Below are positions 17,825 to 30,016 of a DNA stretch of 64,000 bases, one piece after another. The notes below the pieces were generated by a model, which was not told the DNA's origin, searched no databases, and saw only the letters and a list, made by a program, of their open reading frames with translations. A program made the translations under genes and the position numbers. Each line of letters starts with the position of its first letter. The first letter of the stretch is position 1. The stretch comes from Eledone cirrhosa (Eukaryota): positions 120,776,001-120,840,000 of the forward strand of contig OZ024741.1 in assembly GCA_964016885.1 (NCBI GenBank). The letters are read 5' to 3'.

Positions 17825-18038
17825 TTTTTACGATTACACTTGTCTCGCTTCAGAGGCGAATTTTATTTTATCTATGGGTTTTGGATGAGTTTTAAATGAA
17901 TACCGCCTTCATAAACGTCTGGAAATTATTCGTTTTTTAGTTTGACGGTTTTTTAGGCCATATTCATTCAAAACACAAATAAGCCATAGGATGGACAAAA
18001 GTTTCATCTCCAAAGCGATACGAGTGTAAATGTAAAAT
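17825..18038. mobile_element. Old MITE-like element with imperfect long TIRs
   Basis: TTTTACGATTACACTTGTCTCGCTT... versus ...AAAGCGATACGAGTGTAAATGTAAAA. Confidence 0.6.
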
Positions 18039-19244
18039 TTTACCACTTTGTAGATGTTAATGAAATTTTATTGAACAGTTAAGTTAAAAAAGGAAAAAAA
18101 AAAAATTACACATTTCATTTAAATACCATAAATAATAGATTAATTAAACAACACTTTAAGTTATTAATTCACACTACATGTCTTGTACACAATGAAAACA
18201 TTTTATATAATGACATTACATGCATGTACGTTGGGTGGGGAAGCACGTTTTATTTCCTACTCTCTGCCATCATTGCAGACTTGGCTACCCGCAAGTTCGA
18301 GGCCCCGTTAGGTGTAGTGAAAGTTTCAACATGTCTCCCTCGTTATGCTCCTAGGCAACGTCTTCCCTATTCTATCCGTTGTGACCACAAAGCGAACTCA
18401 CCGTTGAACAGTGAGTGGCAAATACAGATCGCACACACACTAACTTTTGTTTATTTTGCTGCCATCTGATATGATTGTATATTTTAAGTGTTGAATCTTA
18501 AAAATCTATAAAAATGTTTGATTTTAATGTGCCTCCTCTGTAGTAACACTTTCTCTTGTTTGTCCGCCAGGACCATGATATTTCTGGACGTCAGGGAGTG
18601 TTCTTCCACATCATACGGGCATATATGAGTGGGGTAGTGTTGGTATACGTTATTGATATTTATGCGTATACACACATTTAACTACACACTTTAATGTCAT
18701 TTTTTTTCTTCTTAAATACAACATTGAAACAGAAAAAAATACCCATTAAATAATAAGTATTTTATTGAAGTTTTCTTGTCACTATTTCTTTGAGCGTCCG
18801 CCACATTACTTCAGTCACAAATCTCAGTGTAACTTATATTGAGAGAGGATTATATATATATATATAAATATAAAGTTTTAGCTTTTGTATCCCTTAAAGA
18901 TAACATAAGTGTAATATCATATTTACTAACAATATCGTTTTCCACAGAGATGAACAACAACAGAACTATAGCACCACGTGTGTGACGCGATACCTGTTTT
19001 ATTAAAGTGCTGAAGTACTCACTATATCGTTTTCAATTTAAATCTTGCTGCAGTTATTATGTTGAGCTAGTGAAGCACACAGCAATCCTTGTTAACCTAA
19101 GGCCGTCTGACTGAGTACAGTTCTACACCTACTAAATACGACATGAAGGGCATACAGTAATAGAAAAACTACATATTTCAAGATAAACCATTCTATCTAA
19201 GCTACCAGGAACATAATGGTTTCTGATTTAGGCATAAGGCCAAT

Positions 19245-19510
19245 AGGCTGGACCTCCGACGGTTCCAGCGATGAGTGTTCCAGTTGTTCGATCAACGGGA
19301 CAGCCTGTTCGTGAAATTAACATGAAAGTGGCTGAGTATTCGTAGTTTCCAAGAGGATTTAGCGTGATAAGGCCGACCTTTTGAATTAGAGGTACAGCAC
19401 ATTTTTGCCAGCTGTGTGGATTGCAACACTGAAATGTTTTACTCAAGGGCACAACACACCGCTGGGGATCAAATTCACAACCTTACACTCATCAACCTAA
19501 CAGCTAACCA
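19245..19510 (-). mobile_element. tRNA-derived SINE (CORE plus second conserved body)
   Basis: Homologous to 21440-21740 (+), 16380-16540 (-) and 62420-62740 (+). Confidence 0.75.
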
Positions 19511-20059
19511 TTAAGCTACGCGCTTTCACATAAGACCAATTGGTACTTTATTTATCGAAAGATGAAAGGCAGAGTTACCTCGACAGGATTTAAACTCAGT
19601 AAAGAACCGTAAATAAATACCGCAAGGTATTTTGATTGACGCTCAAATGATTATGCCAACCTGTCAGCCTTTGGCAGGAAAATAATTAGTGGAAAACAAA
19701 AGGAACAGATATGGGCGCAGGCATGCCGTCCGTGTGGGTAAGCAATTTGCTTTACAGCCACCGGTTCGATCTAATAGTGGACAAGTACATTATACTATAA
19801 GTTAAGGTTGACCTAAAACTTATGAATGAAATTTGGCCGATAGAAACCAATCACGGACGAATATGGGACGGCATGTTATATAGGCGATCCCAAAATGGTA
19901 ACGAACAAGACAAACTCCTTGGCCATTGGCTGTTGAAATGGACTTACAGTTTCAACCCTTACCGACAGTATATGTATATATGGCGGGCGACGTGAATAGA
20001 CATGTGGTCGGCGGTAGATCGATTTGGCATGAATCCGGCTTGTTGTGGGCGACAGTAGC

Positions 20060-20640
20060 TTCTAATGGCGGGACGCATTGATCATATACCGGGAGGAATC
20101 AGCAAAGGTGGCCTTCAGGTGAACTGGCCGAAGACCAAGCTGATGCATGTCGACGATGGCCCGGATCCCCCCTCCCACTTCATATTGGCACCTACGTCGT
20201 GGAGTTTGTCAGTTCCTTCATTTATCTGGGCTCCACATTCACCAACAATGGAGATCTAACCCCAGAGATCAACCGCAGAAGTGGTCTGGCCGCCGACGTC
20301 ATTCATTATTTATGGAAGCCCCTTTGGTATCACCACGTTTCCAACAAAGAGCTGTGTGTGCGCACGCACCAGCCTGCAGTCTCCCGCTTCATTATCATCC
20401 GCGCTGGATTGGACATGTCCTCCGTCTCCTGTCAGATCATCCTACTAGGGCCTTACTCTAATTCGACACAGCAACTGCAGTCTGGAAGAGGCCCCGCACT
20501 AGATGACTGGATGTGATTAAGGAAGATTTCCAGAGGCTCGACATCACCTTGGAGGATGCAGAGGGGCTGCCACGGGATCGCCAGCGATGGAGGTCTACTC
20601 ACGATGACGCCTCTGAAATCGCTGACCTAGGATGACTCCA
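20060..20640 (+). mobile_element. Degenerate RTE-clade LINE 3' fragment
   Basis: GLQVNWPKTK, EFVSSFIYLGS, RWIGHVLR motifs across frames. Confidence 0.75.
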
Positions 20641-20939
20641 GTCCTATCGAACAAGAACAAAGACAATATGCTGGTGTTGCTCTCCGTTACTTAAACCTCG
20701 TGAAACTTGCTTATGAATGTTTCACAAGTGATAGGATTAACCATGGTCGTACTTGCACACATTTTTGTATCGCAAGTAGCGCTGACCTTTGTCTTTTGAT
20801 TCAGATGCCAGTTCACCATCCATACAACGGACATGTCCAAGCCATCGATCGAAGTCGTTGATAGTGCGAGAAAAGTGAACATGGAGGTGATGCGTGCCTT
20901 GGTAAATACAGCAACATTGTAGATCCTATTCTGCCATTT

Positions 20940-21131
20940 GGATCTACGACAAAAACCCCATTTCTACCGGACAAAACCCCCACTTCGTAAGAAATAAATT
21001 TCAATTTGAATTATATATAGTTTTAGTTAATGTTAGTTATTAAAAACTATGAATAGATTTTGTTTTATCTTTTACTATTTGGAGTTTTTGTTCTGATGGG
21101 TGTTTTGTCGGTGGGATTTTTGTCCGTATCC
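20940..21131. mobile_element. Mutator-like MITE with 10-bp TSD, inside a minus-strand LINE relic
   Basis: GGAT...GACAAAA-repeat TIRs; TSD TCTGCCATTT (20930-39) / TCTGCTATTT (21132-41). Confidence 0.7.
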
Positions 21132-21439
21132 TCTGCTATTTGATCTCAAGAGTTCTGTGTAGGCACTTTACACAAAACACCTGAAGCTCGTGCTCTTGTG
21201 AAGAGTATGTTACCCACAACTCGCTGCCATATACAAGTGTGCTGAGAATATAGGCTTTATACACATCGACCTCAATAGATGTTTTGGGCTGTTTATCTTC
21301 CCATGTTTGTTAGAATAGTTAGTATCTGCATCTAGGATAGTGGTTCCCAGAATTTATCTATGGACTCCTTGCTACAATTAGCTACCTCCTAGATCGTGTT
21401 TTTACTTCGAGAAGTAGTGTATATATATATATTTTTTGC

Positions 21440-21740
21440 GTGATGGCACGTGGCTTCGGGGTTAGTGAGTTTGACTCACGATCATAACGTCGTGAGTTTG
21501 ACACACAACAGTGCATCATGTCCTTGACTAAGTTACTTTATTTCCTGTTGATCCAGTTCACTCAATTGGTAAAAATGAGTTGTAATTAAAAAAAGGACAA
21601 GCCTTTTCACACACTGTGCCACACCGAATCTCCCTGCACGTGTCTATGGAATGTTCAGTCAGTTGCACATTAATTTCACGAGCAAGCTGTTCTGTTGTTC
21701 GAACAACTGTAATACTCGTTTTTGGAATTGACGGAGGTCC
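21440..21740 (+). mobile_element. tRNA-derived SINE
   Basis: Head GGCACGTGGCTT...GTGAGTTTGA, CORE-like block, shared body. Confidence 0.75.
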
Positions 21741-22204
21741 TATAGATTGTTTTTATCAGAGGAGTTAAAATTTTGAACTTAACTCACGGGCAGGTTGGGG
21801 ACTGCTGATCTAGGGCTTAGTTGTCCGTCAGGGCATGATTAAAACATTTAAAGAAGCTCTATGCACTGGAAAGATTATGGAACCTCCATATACTCTAAAT
21901 AAAAAAAAAAAACTAACTCTTTAAGCATGGGCTTATTTTGTTTAATTATTAATCCAAGGTTGTTGTGCACATTATTGGAGCTATTATACTGAAACTCATA
22001 TATTACCTCCATTTCCTTAGCTTTGATATTAATACAAAGAGGTGTTGGGGTGTCTTGTCACAAGACTTGGCTCTTCTTCAAAGTGATTGTGAGACCAAAT
22101 AGGTGGTAAGTTCTTGAGAATCTCTATAAGGTTTTGTAAGAACATTTTGTTTAGGGACCACCACCCACCCACGGATACTAATTTCTAAGAAGGAATAAAC
22201 GCCT

Positions 22205-22231
22205 ACATACATATATGTATGTATATATGAA

Positions 22232-22298
<67 letters not shown>

Positions 22299-22319
22299 AT
22301 ATATATACATATATATGCA

Positions 22320-22351
<32 letters not shown>

Positions 22352-22606
22352 CATATATATGCATGTGTATATATATATGTATATATATGCATGTGTATAT
22401 ATATATATACATATATATGCATGTGTATATATATATACATATATATGCATGTGTATATGTATATATATACATATATATGCATGTGTATATATATATATAC
22501 ATATATATGCATGTGTATATATATATATACATTTATATGCATGTGTATATATATATACGTTTATATGCATGTGTATATATATATATATATATATACATAT
22601 ATATGC

Positions 22607-22638
<32 letters not shown>

Positions 22639-22662
22639 GCATGTGTATAAATATATATATGC

Positions 22663-22713
<51 letters not shown>

Positions 22714-22857
22714 TGTGTATATATATATATATATATGCATGTGTATATATATATATATATATATATGCATGTGTATATATATATATATATATATATGCAT
22801 GTGTATATCTATATATATATACATATATATATATGCATGTGTATATATATATATATT
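22205..22857. repeat. TA microsatellite with higher-order GCATGTG-punctuated unit (~28-32 bp)
   Basis: TGCATGTG recurs about every 30 bp. Confidence 0.95.
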
Positions 22858-22858
22858 T

Positions 22859-23080
22859 TAAGGAACGATCGACTTTCGTCAAATCGGACCGAGGGAACAA
22901 TGTTTCCGTTGGTCTTTCCAATTGCTAATACTATCTATCTGTCGGAAGTCCAGGTAGAAGGAGCAACGTGAAATAAAGTGTCTTGCTCAAAGACATAACG
23001 CATCGCCTGGTCCGGGAATCGAACTCACAACCTTACGATTGCGAATCCAATTCTCTAACCACTCCGCCACATGCCTGCAC
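22859..23080 (-). mobile_element. tRNA-derived CORE-type SINE inserted in the TA array
   Basis: Head GGCATGTGGCGGAGTGGTTAG...GAGTTCGATTCCC; the GCATGTG unit resumes after it. Confidence 0.85.
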
Positions 23081-23107
23081 TATATATATATATATACATA
23101 TATATGC

Positions 23108-23199
<92 letters not shown>

Positions 23200-23238
23200 G
23201 TGTATATATATATATATATATGTGTGTGTATATATATA

Positions 23239-23307
<69 letters not shown>

Positions 23308-23464
23308 ATATATATATGTGTATATATATATGTGTATATATATATATATATATATGTGTATATATATATATGTATATATATATACATATAGATATGTATA
23401 TATATATATGTATATATATATGTATATATATATGTATATATATATATGTATATATATATATGTG

Positions 23465-23501
<37 letters not shown>

Positions 23502-23512
23502 GTGTATATATC

Positions 23513-23555
<43 letters not shown>

Positions 23556-23744
23556 ATATATATATATGTATATATATATATACATATAGATATGTATATA
23601 TATATATGTATATATATATGTATATATATATGTATATATATATATGTATATATATATATATGTATATATATATGTATATATATAAATATATGTATATATA
23701 TATATGTATATATATATGTATATATATATATGTATATATATATG

Positions 23745-23777
<33 letters not shown>

Positions 23778-23817
23778 GTATATATTTATATATATATATA
23801 TATGTATATATATATAC

Positions 23818-23872
<55 letters not shown>

Positions 23873-23912
23873 TATATATATATGTGTATATATATGTGTG
23901 TATATATATATA

Positions 23913-23953
<41 letters not shown>

Positions 23954-24172
23954 ATATATATATGTGTAAATATATATATATATGTGTATATATATATATA
24001 TGTATACATATATATATATATGTATATATATATGTGTATATATATGTGTATATATATATATATGTGTATATATATCTATATATATATATGTGTGTGTATA
24101 TATATATATGTGTGTATATATATATATATATGTGTATATATATATATGTGTATATATATATATATATATGTG

Positions 24173-24203
<31 letters not shown>

Positions 24204-24294
24204 GTGTATATATATATACATATATATATATATATGTATATATATATATGTATGTGTATATATATATATATATATATGTGTATATATGTATGTG

Positions 24295-24328
<34 letters not shown>

Positions 24329-24432
24329 TGTGTGTATATATATATATATATATGTGTATATATATATATATGTGTATATATATATATGTGTATATATATA
24401 TATATATGTGTATATATGTGTATATATATATG

Positions 24433-24463
<31 letters not shown>

Positions 24464-24466
24464 GTG

Positions 24467-24515
<49 letters not shown>

Positions 24516-24667
24516 GTGTATATATATATATGTATATATATATATGTGTATATATTTATATATGTGTATATATATATATGTGTATATATATATATGTGTA
24601 TATATATATATGTGTATATATATATACATATAGATATGTATATATATAGATATATGTATATATATAT
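23081..24667. repeat. 1.6-kb TA/TG compound microsatellite
   Basis: Direct inspection. Confidence 0.98.
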
Positions 24668-25020
24668 ATTGTTATACTTTGGGAGGGTCATGTTGCCAAT
24701 AAGAAACACACGCACCAGTGGCATTCACTTCAGTTTATTATATATTTATAAATTTACAAATTTATAAAGTTCTGGTTGGTTGGTTCCACAACCAGATAGT
24801 TGTTTATATATAGTCATAGTTCTTTCGTCACACACTCTGTGACCTCTTCAGTGACTGGGGATTTCAAGCTCTGGGTTCCTTCTTTTGCAACATAAAAACA
24901 AGCCGAAATTGTACCTATGGTATGGGATACCATTTTGCTTTTGAAGAATTGAAAAAGTACTTTTTTTCTTTAACAATTTATAGCCATTAGCTTTACAGTA
25001 TTTAAATTCATAATTACATG
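24668..25020 (-). mobile_element. Penelope-like element 3' end (pLTR) fragment
   Basis: Homologous to both arms of the 36425-36919 palindrome; contains a minimal hammerhead; possible ORF end upstream of it. Confidence 0.7.
24813..24855 (-). ncRNA. Minimal type I hammerhead ribozyme
   Basis: GUCA-CUGAAGA-G-GUCACA(gagug)UGUGAC-GAAA-GAAC-UA-UGAC: core, 6-bp stem II, stem I GUCA/UGAC, very short stem III. Confidence 0.75.
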
Positions 25021-27790
25021 TTACCAGAAGACGTGACAGAGTGTCTGTTGTAAACACTAAATCCCTCCCCCATGAAGAATGCACCTCCCAACATAGACTG
25101 ATAATTAGCGACCTCATAGTCAGGACGAGACGTACCCGACAGCAGAAGAGGACTATCCTCAGGAGGAAAATATGGAAACTAAAGGACCCCACAGCCAGAA
25201 ATAAATTTCAAAGCATATTACTTGATGCTTTCGACAGTAAGGAAGAGCATCTAGAATCGGACAATATAGAGGGACAGTGGAAATTTCTGAAAGCAAACCT
25301 GCTGTTGGCGACAGACGAAGTCTGTGGCTGGAGCAGGCCTGTAGGCAGGAGGAGAGTAACATGGTGGTGGAACAATAGGGTGGAGGGGTCAATTAAGGCC
25401 AAAAAGCAGGCTTGGAAAGTATGGCGGGATGGGGGAAGTAGAGTAGACTATCAAGTGGCCAGGAGGGAAGCTAGGAGAGAAGTGTACTTAGCAAGAAGGG
25501 AAGCTGAGGAAAGAAAGTTCAAGCATGTTCTACAACGCGATGACCAAAAACGTGAGGTGTTCAGGATTGCCAGGCAATGCGTCAAGGAAAACCGTGATAT
25601 TGTCGGGGAGAAGTGTGTACTTAACGATGATGGCATACTTGCCATCACCGACACTGATAAGAAGGTAGCTTGGAAGTGTCACTATGAAAGGCTACTAAAT
25701 GAGGAGAATAAATGGGAGAAAGACAGTCTCCCCCATATCGACCCGATAGAGGGACCAGCAGTGTTAGTCGAGGGGAGTATAATAAGTAAGGCAATCAAGG
25801 ATATGAAGACTGGTAAGGCGGCTGGGCCTTCGGAAATAGTTGCTGAGATGCTGAAGGCATCTGGCACGGTGGGACACACCATGGTCACCCGCATAGTTAA
25901 CCAAGTCGTACAGAATGGGGTTGTTCCGAAGGACTGGCATAGCAGCATCATCGTTAACTGTTATAAGGGTAAAGGAGACGCCCTAGATAGGAGTAACTAT
26001 AGAGGCATTAAATTAATCGACCAGGTCATGAAGGTCACGGAAAAAGTAATAGCGCAACTAATCAGAGAGAGAATTGATCTAGATGAAATGCAGTTCGGGT
26101 TTGTGTCAGGCAAAAGCACCACAGACGCTCTCTTCATAGTACGACAACTACAGGAGAAGTACCTAGCTAAAGGTAAATCCCTCTACTTAGCTTTTGTCGA
26201 CCTGGAGAAAGCCTTCGACAGAGTCCCCCGCTCCATTATCTGGTGGGCTCTTAGAAAACTAGGCGTTGACGAATGGCTTGTGAGGGCTATACAAGCCATG
26301 TATAAAGAAACAGTCAGCAAGGTTAGAATTAACAACGAATATAGTGAAGAGTTTAGCGTAAAAGTTGGCGTCCATCAGGGCTCTGTTCTCAGCCCCCTAC
26401 TATTTATTATTGCCCTTCAGGATATAACAGAGGAGTTCAAGACAGGCTGCCCATGGGAACTCCTATACGCAGACGACCTGACACTCATAGCGGAATCAAT
26501 GGCCGAGCTAGAGAAGAAATTCCAAACATGGAAGCACGGCCTAGAGTCAAAAGGACTTAAAATTAACCTGGCTAAGACCAAAGTTCTAGTTTGTAGGAAA
26601 GAAAACAAGGCGGCGGTCCCTTCTGGGAAATGGTCGTGCTCGGTATGTAGGAAAGGCGTAGGTAGAAACTCCATCTTATGTCCTAAATGCAAAGTATGGG
26701 TGCATAAAAGATGTAGTGGGATCACAGGTAAGCTAACTAAGAACATAGACTTTACATGTGGCCGGTGTTCTGGTGCAATAAGTAGCAGCAAGTGCCCACA
26801 AAATACTAGCTCTTTCAATTGCGCAGAGGGTTCTATAGAAATAGTGGACAGCTTCCGTTACCTGGGCGATAAAATCAGCAGTGGGGGAGGGTGCTCTGAA
26901 AGTACTGTAGCTAGAGTCAGAACTGGGTGGAAAAAGTTCAGAGAGCTTATACCACTATTAGCTGCTAAAGGGTTCTCCCTAAAAATGAAAGGCAGGTTGT
27001 ACGATGCCTGCATACGAACAGCAATGTTGCATGGTAGTGAGACCTGGGCATTGTGTGCAGAGGATATACGCAGACTAGAGAGGAACGAAGCTTGCATGCT
27101 CCGCTGGATGTGTAACAGTAATATACATGAACGGCAAAGCATAAACGAACTAAGGAAAAAATTAGAGATAAGAGGGATCAGATGTTGTTTACACGAGAGA
27201 AGGCTGCGTTGGTACGGACACGTGATGCGCATGAAAGTCGATAGCTGTATTACAAAGTGCAGGGCAATAAAGATAGACGGTAGCCACGGAATAGGCAGAC
27301 CTAGAAAAACATGGGATGAGCTGATAAACTCCGACCTCACACACTTACACCTCTCCAAGACAATGTCACTGGACCGTGACCTTTGGCGGTACTCAGTAAC
27401 AGAGAAGACCCGCCTTGCCAGTAGGCATCTCTAACAAACTACACCCCGTCCCGCCACCACCCCCACCCCATCCACACCACCCCGTTCTATGTAAAGTTAT
27501 GTTGGTGCCGCGCCATCCAGGCCGAAACAAATGAGATCGTGTAGGTGTCACGACAAAAAAACACACAGTCCACGCTGTAATGTGGCCGTGTAGGCAACAC
27601 GGTAAAAACCTCCCAGACCCACACTGTAAATGTGGTTGGTGTTAGGAAGGGCATCCAACTGTAGAAAACCTGCCAGACAGTCCTATGCGAGCAAGACAAT
27701 CACTCTTGCCTCAAGTGGGACTACCCCCGTCCAAACCCATGCAAGCGTGGAACACGGACGTTAAACGTTGATGATGATGATGATGATGAT
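25021..27790 (+). mobile_element. RTE family A (A2), truncated in the APE C-terminus, young
   Basis: Uninterrupted ORF to 27434, 3' UTR, (TGA)n tail. Confidence 0.97.
25041..27434 (+). CDS. RTE reverse transcriptase with embedded PHD finger (N-truncated, 797 aa open frame)
   Basis: All RT motifs intact (QFGF, DLEKAFD, HQGS, YADD, YLG); C4HC3 at 26637-26768; lacks most of APE, so not autonomous. Confidence 0.85.
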   Translation: MSVVNTKSLPHEECTSQHRLIISDLIVRTRRTRQQKRTILRRKIWKLKDPTARNKFQSILLDAFDSKEEHLESDNIEGQWKFLKANLLLATDEVCGWSRPVGRRRVTWWWNNRVEGSIKAKKQAWKVWRDGGSRVDYQVARREARREVYLARREAEERKFKHVLQRDDQKREVFRIARQCVKENRDIVGEKCVLNDDGILAITDTDKKVAWKCHYERLLNEENKWEKDSLPHIDPIEGPAVLVEGSIISKAIKDMKTGKAAGPSEIVAEMLKASGTVGHTMVTRIVNQVVQNGVVPKDWHSSIIVNCYKGKGDALDRSNYRGIKLIDQVMKVTEKVIAQLIRERIDLDEMQFGFVSGKSTTDALFIVRQLQEKYLAKGKSLYLAFVDLEKAFDRVPRSIIWWALRKLGVDEWLVRAIQAMYKETVSKVRINNEYSEEFSVKVGVHQGSVLSPLLFIIALQDITEEFKTGCPWELLYADDLTLIAESMAELEKKFQTWKHGLESKGLKINLAKTKVLVCRKENKAAVPSGKWSCSVCRKGVGRNSILCPKCKVWVHKRCSGITGKLTKNIDFTCGRCSGAISSSKCPQNTSSFNCAEGSIEIVDSFRYLGDKISSGGGCSESTVARVRTGWKKFRELIPLLAAKGFSLKMKGRLYDACIRTAMLHGSETWALCAEDIRRLERNEACMLRWMCNSNIHERQSINELRKKLEIRGIRCCLHERRLRWYGHVMRMKVDSCITKCRAIKIDGSHGIGRPRKTWDELINSDLTHLHLSKTMSLDRDLWRYSVTEKTRLASRHL

Positions 27791-27826
27791 ATACCTCTAT
27801 ATTACATGTTATATACACGTCTATAT

Positions 27827-28536
27827 ATCATCATCATCATCATCGTTTGACATCTATCTTCCACGCTAGCATGGGTTTAGACGGGAATTGTCCCACTTGA
27901 GGTAAGATTGGTCGTCTCGCTCGTATAGGACTGTCTGGCAGGTTTTCTACGGCTGGATGCCCTTCCTAACACCAACCACGTTTACAGTGTGGACTGGGAG
28001 CTTTTTACCATGTTACCTACATGGCCACATTACAGCGTGGACTGTGTGTTTTTTTTGTTGTGACACCTACACAACCTCATTTATTTTGGACTGGATGTTG
28101 TGGTACCAACATAACTTAACAGAGAAAGGGGTGGTGTTGATGGCAGTGGGGGTGGGGTGGAGTAGGAGTAGTGGGATGGGGGTATATATTTGGTTAAGAG
28201 GTGCCTACTGACTGTAGGTTTCGCTTTGTACATAGGCAAGGCAGGTCTTCTGTATTACTGCATAGCGCCAAAGATCTCGGTCCAGTGACATTGTCTTGGA
28301 GAGGTATAAGTGTGTGAGGTTGGAATTTATCAAATCGTCCCAGGTTTTTCTGGGTTTGCCTACTCCGTAACTTCTATCAATTTTGATCGTCCTGCACTTT
28401 TTTATACAGCTGTCGTCTTTCATGCACACCATGTGACCATACCAATGCAGTCGTCGCTCGAGTAAACAGCATCTGATCCCTCTTATTCCTAATTTCTCAC
28501 TTAGTTCATTTATGCTTTGCCGTTCGCGTATATTAC
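27827..28536 (-). mobile_element. Older RTE family A relative, short 3' fragment
   Basis: (CAT)n tail, UTR like the 6366 copy, [17 protein letters not shown]. Confidence 0.92.
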
Positions 28537-29597
28537 GGAAGCAGAGACTAGAAAGAAAGGGTCTCAAAGTCAACATGACAAAGACTAAGGTCCTTGTAAG
28601 TAGACGAGAAAACAGAACCCAGATCCCCTCAGGGAAATGGCCTTGCTCAGTATGTAGGAAAGGTGTAGGTAGGAACTCCATTCTCTGCCCCAAATGCAAA
28701 CAATGGGTACACAAGAGATGTAGCGGGATCTCAGGAAGCTTAATTAAGAATGTAGGATTCACATGCAGCAGCTGTGCTGAAACAGCAAGCAAACAGCCAC
28801 AGGAAACAAGTACCACCAATCTCTGGGAGGGCCCTGTAGAAACAGTAGACAGCTTCTGCTACCTAGGTGACCGAATTAGCAACGGAGGTGGGTGCTCAGA
28901 AAGTACAATAACTAGGGTAAGAACGGGATGGAAGAAGTTTAGGGAACTACTACCACTGCTAGCTGCAAAAGGCTTCTCCCTCAGAATGAAAGGCAGACTG
29001 TATGATGCGTGTATCCGAACAGCGATGTTGCATGGTAGTGAGACCTGGGCGCTGAAGGTGGAAGACTTACGTAGATTAGAGAGAAACGAAGCCTGCATGC
29101 TCCGATGGATGTGTAACAGTAATATACGTGAACGACAAAGCATAAAGGAATTGAGAGAGAGACTGAGCATAAGAGGAATCAAATGCTGCGTGCAGGAGAG
29201 GCGGTTACGCTGGTATGGACATGTGATGCGTATGAAGGATGACAGCTGCATAAAAAGGTGCAGAACACTAGAAGTTGATGGAAACCGCGGAGTGGGGAGA
29301 CCCAAGATGACTTGGGATGAGGTGATAAAAGCCGACCTTACCCAACTACACCTCTCAAAGACAATGACACACGACCGTGACTTCTGGCGTCACGTAGTAA
29401 TACAGGGTACCCGACCTCCCATGGGTACATGCTGAAGCATATAAACAATATGCCCCCACTCCCCCCACCGCAAGGTGGTCGTGGAGAAAAAAGCACCCAG
29501 CCCACACTGTAAAGTGGACGTGTAGGCGCCACGAAAAAGCACCCAGCACTCACTGTAAATGAGCACCCAGCACTCACTGTAAATGAGGTTGGTGTTA
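28537..29597 (+). mobile_element. RTE family B, 5'-truncated, tail missing
   Basis: Near-identical to ~54032-55087; ends GTRPPMGTC; 24-bp tandem duplication in UTR near 29540-29585. Confidence 0.93.
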
Positions 29598-29804
29598 GTT
29601 GGCATTGATAAGCTTCAACCAAAGCGAAACAAGACTTGTCGGCTTATATCCCCTGTTTGCTGAGATCAAAGTGAGTGAATTTGTCACTACTTTAAAACAA
29701 TAGCTTACGGTCTTCAAAATGCTTTTAATTAAGCATAAAGTGTATTGCAAAATACATTATATATACATCCATATATATATAGCTATTTCAGAGCTCCAAT
29801 TCTC

Positions 29805-29867
29805 ATATATATATATATATATATATATGTGTATATATATATATATACATATATATATATGTGTGTG

Positions 29868-29898
<31 letters not shown>

Positions 29899-29937
29899 AT
29901 ATATATATATATATATGTGTGTGTATATATATATATA

Positions 29938-30009
<72 letters not shown>

Positions 30010-30016
30010 TATATGT
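29805..30016. repeat. TA/TG microsatellite
   Basis: Direct inspection. Confidence 0.98.
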
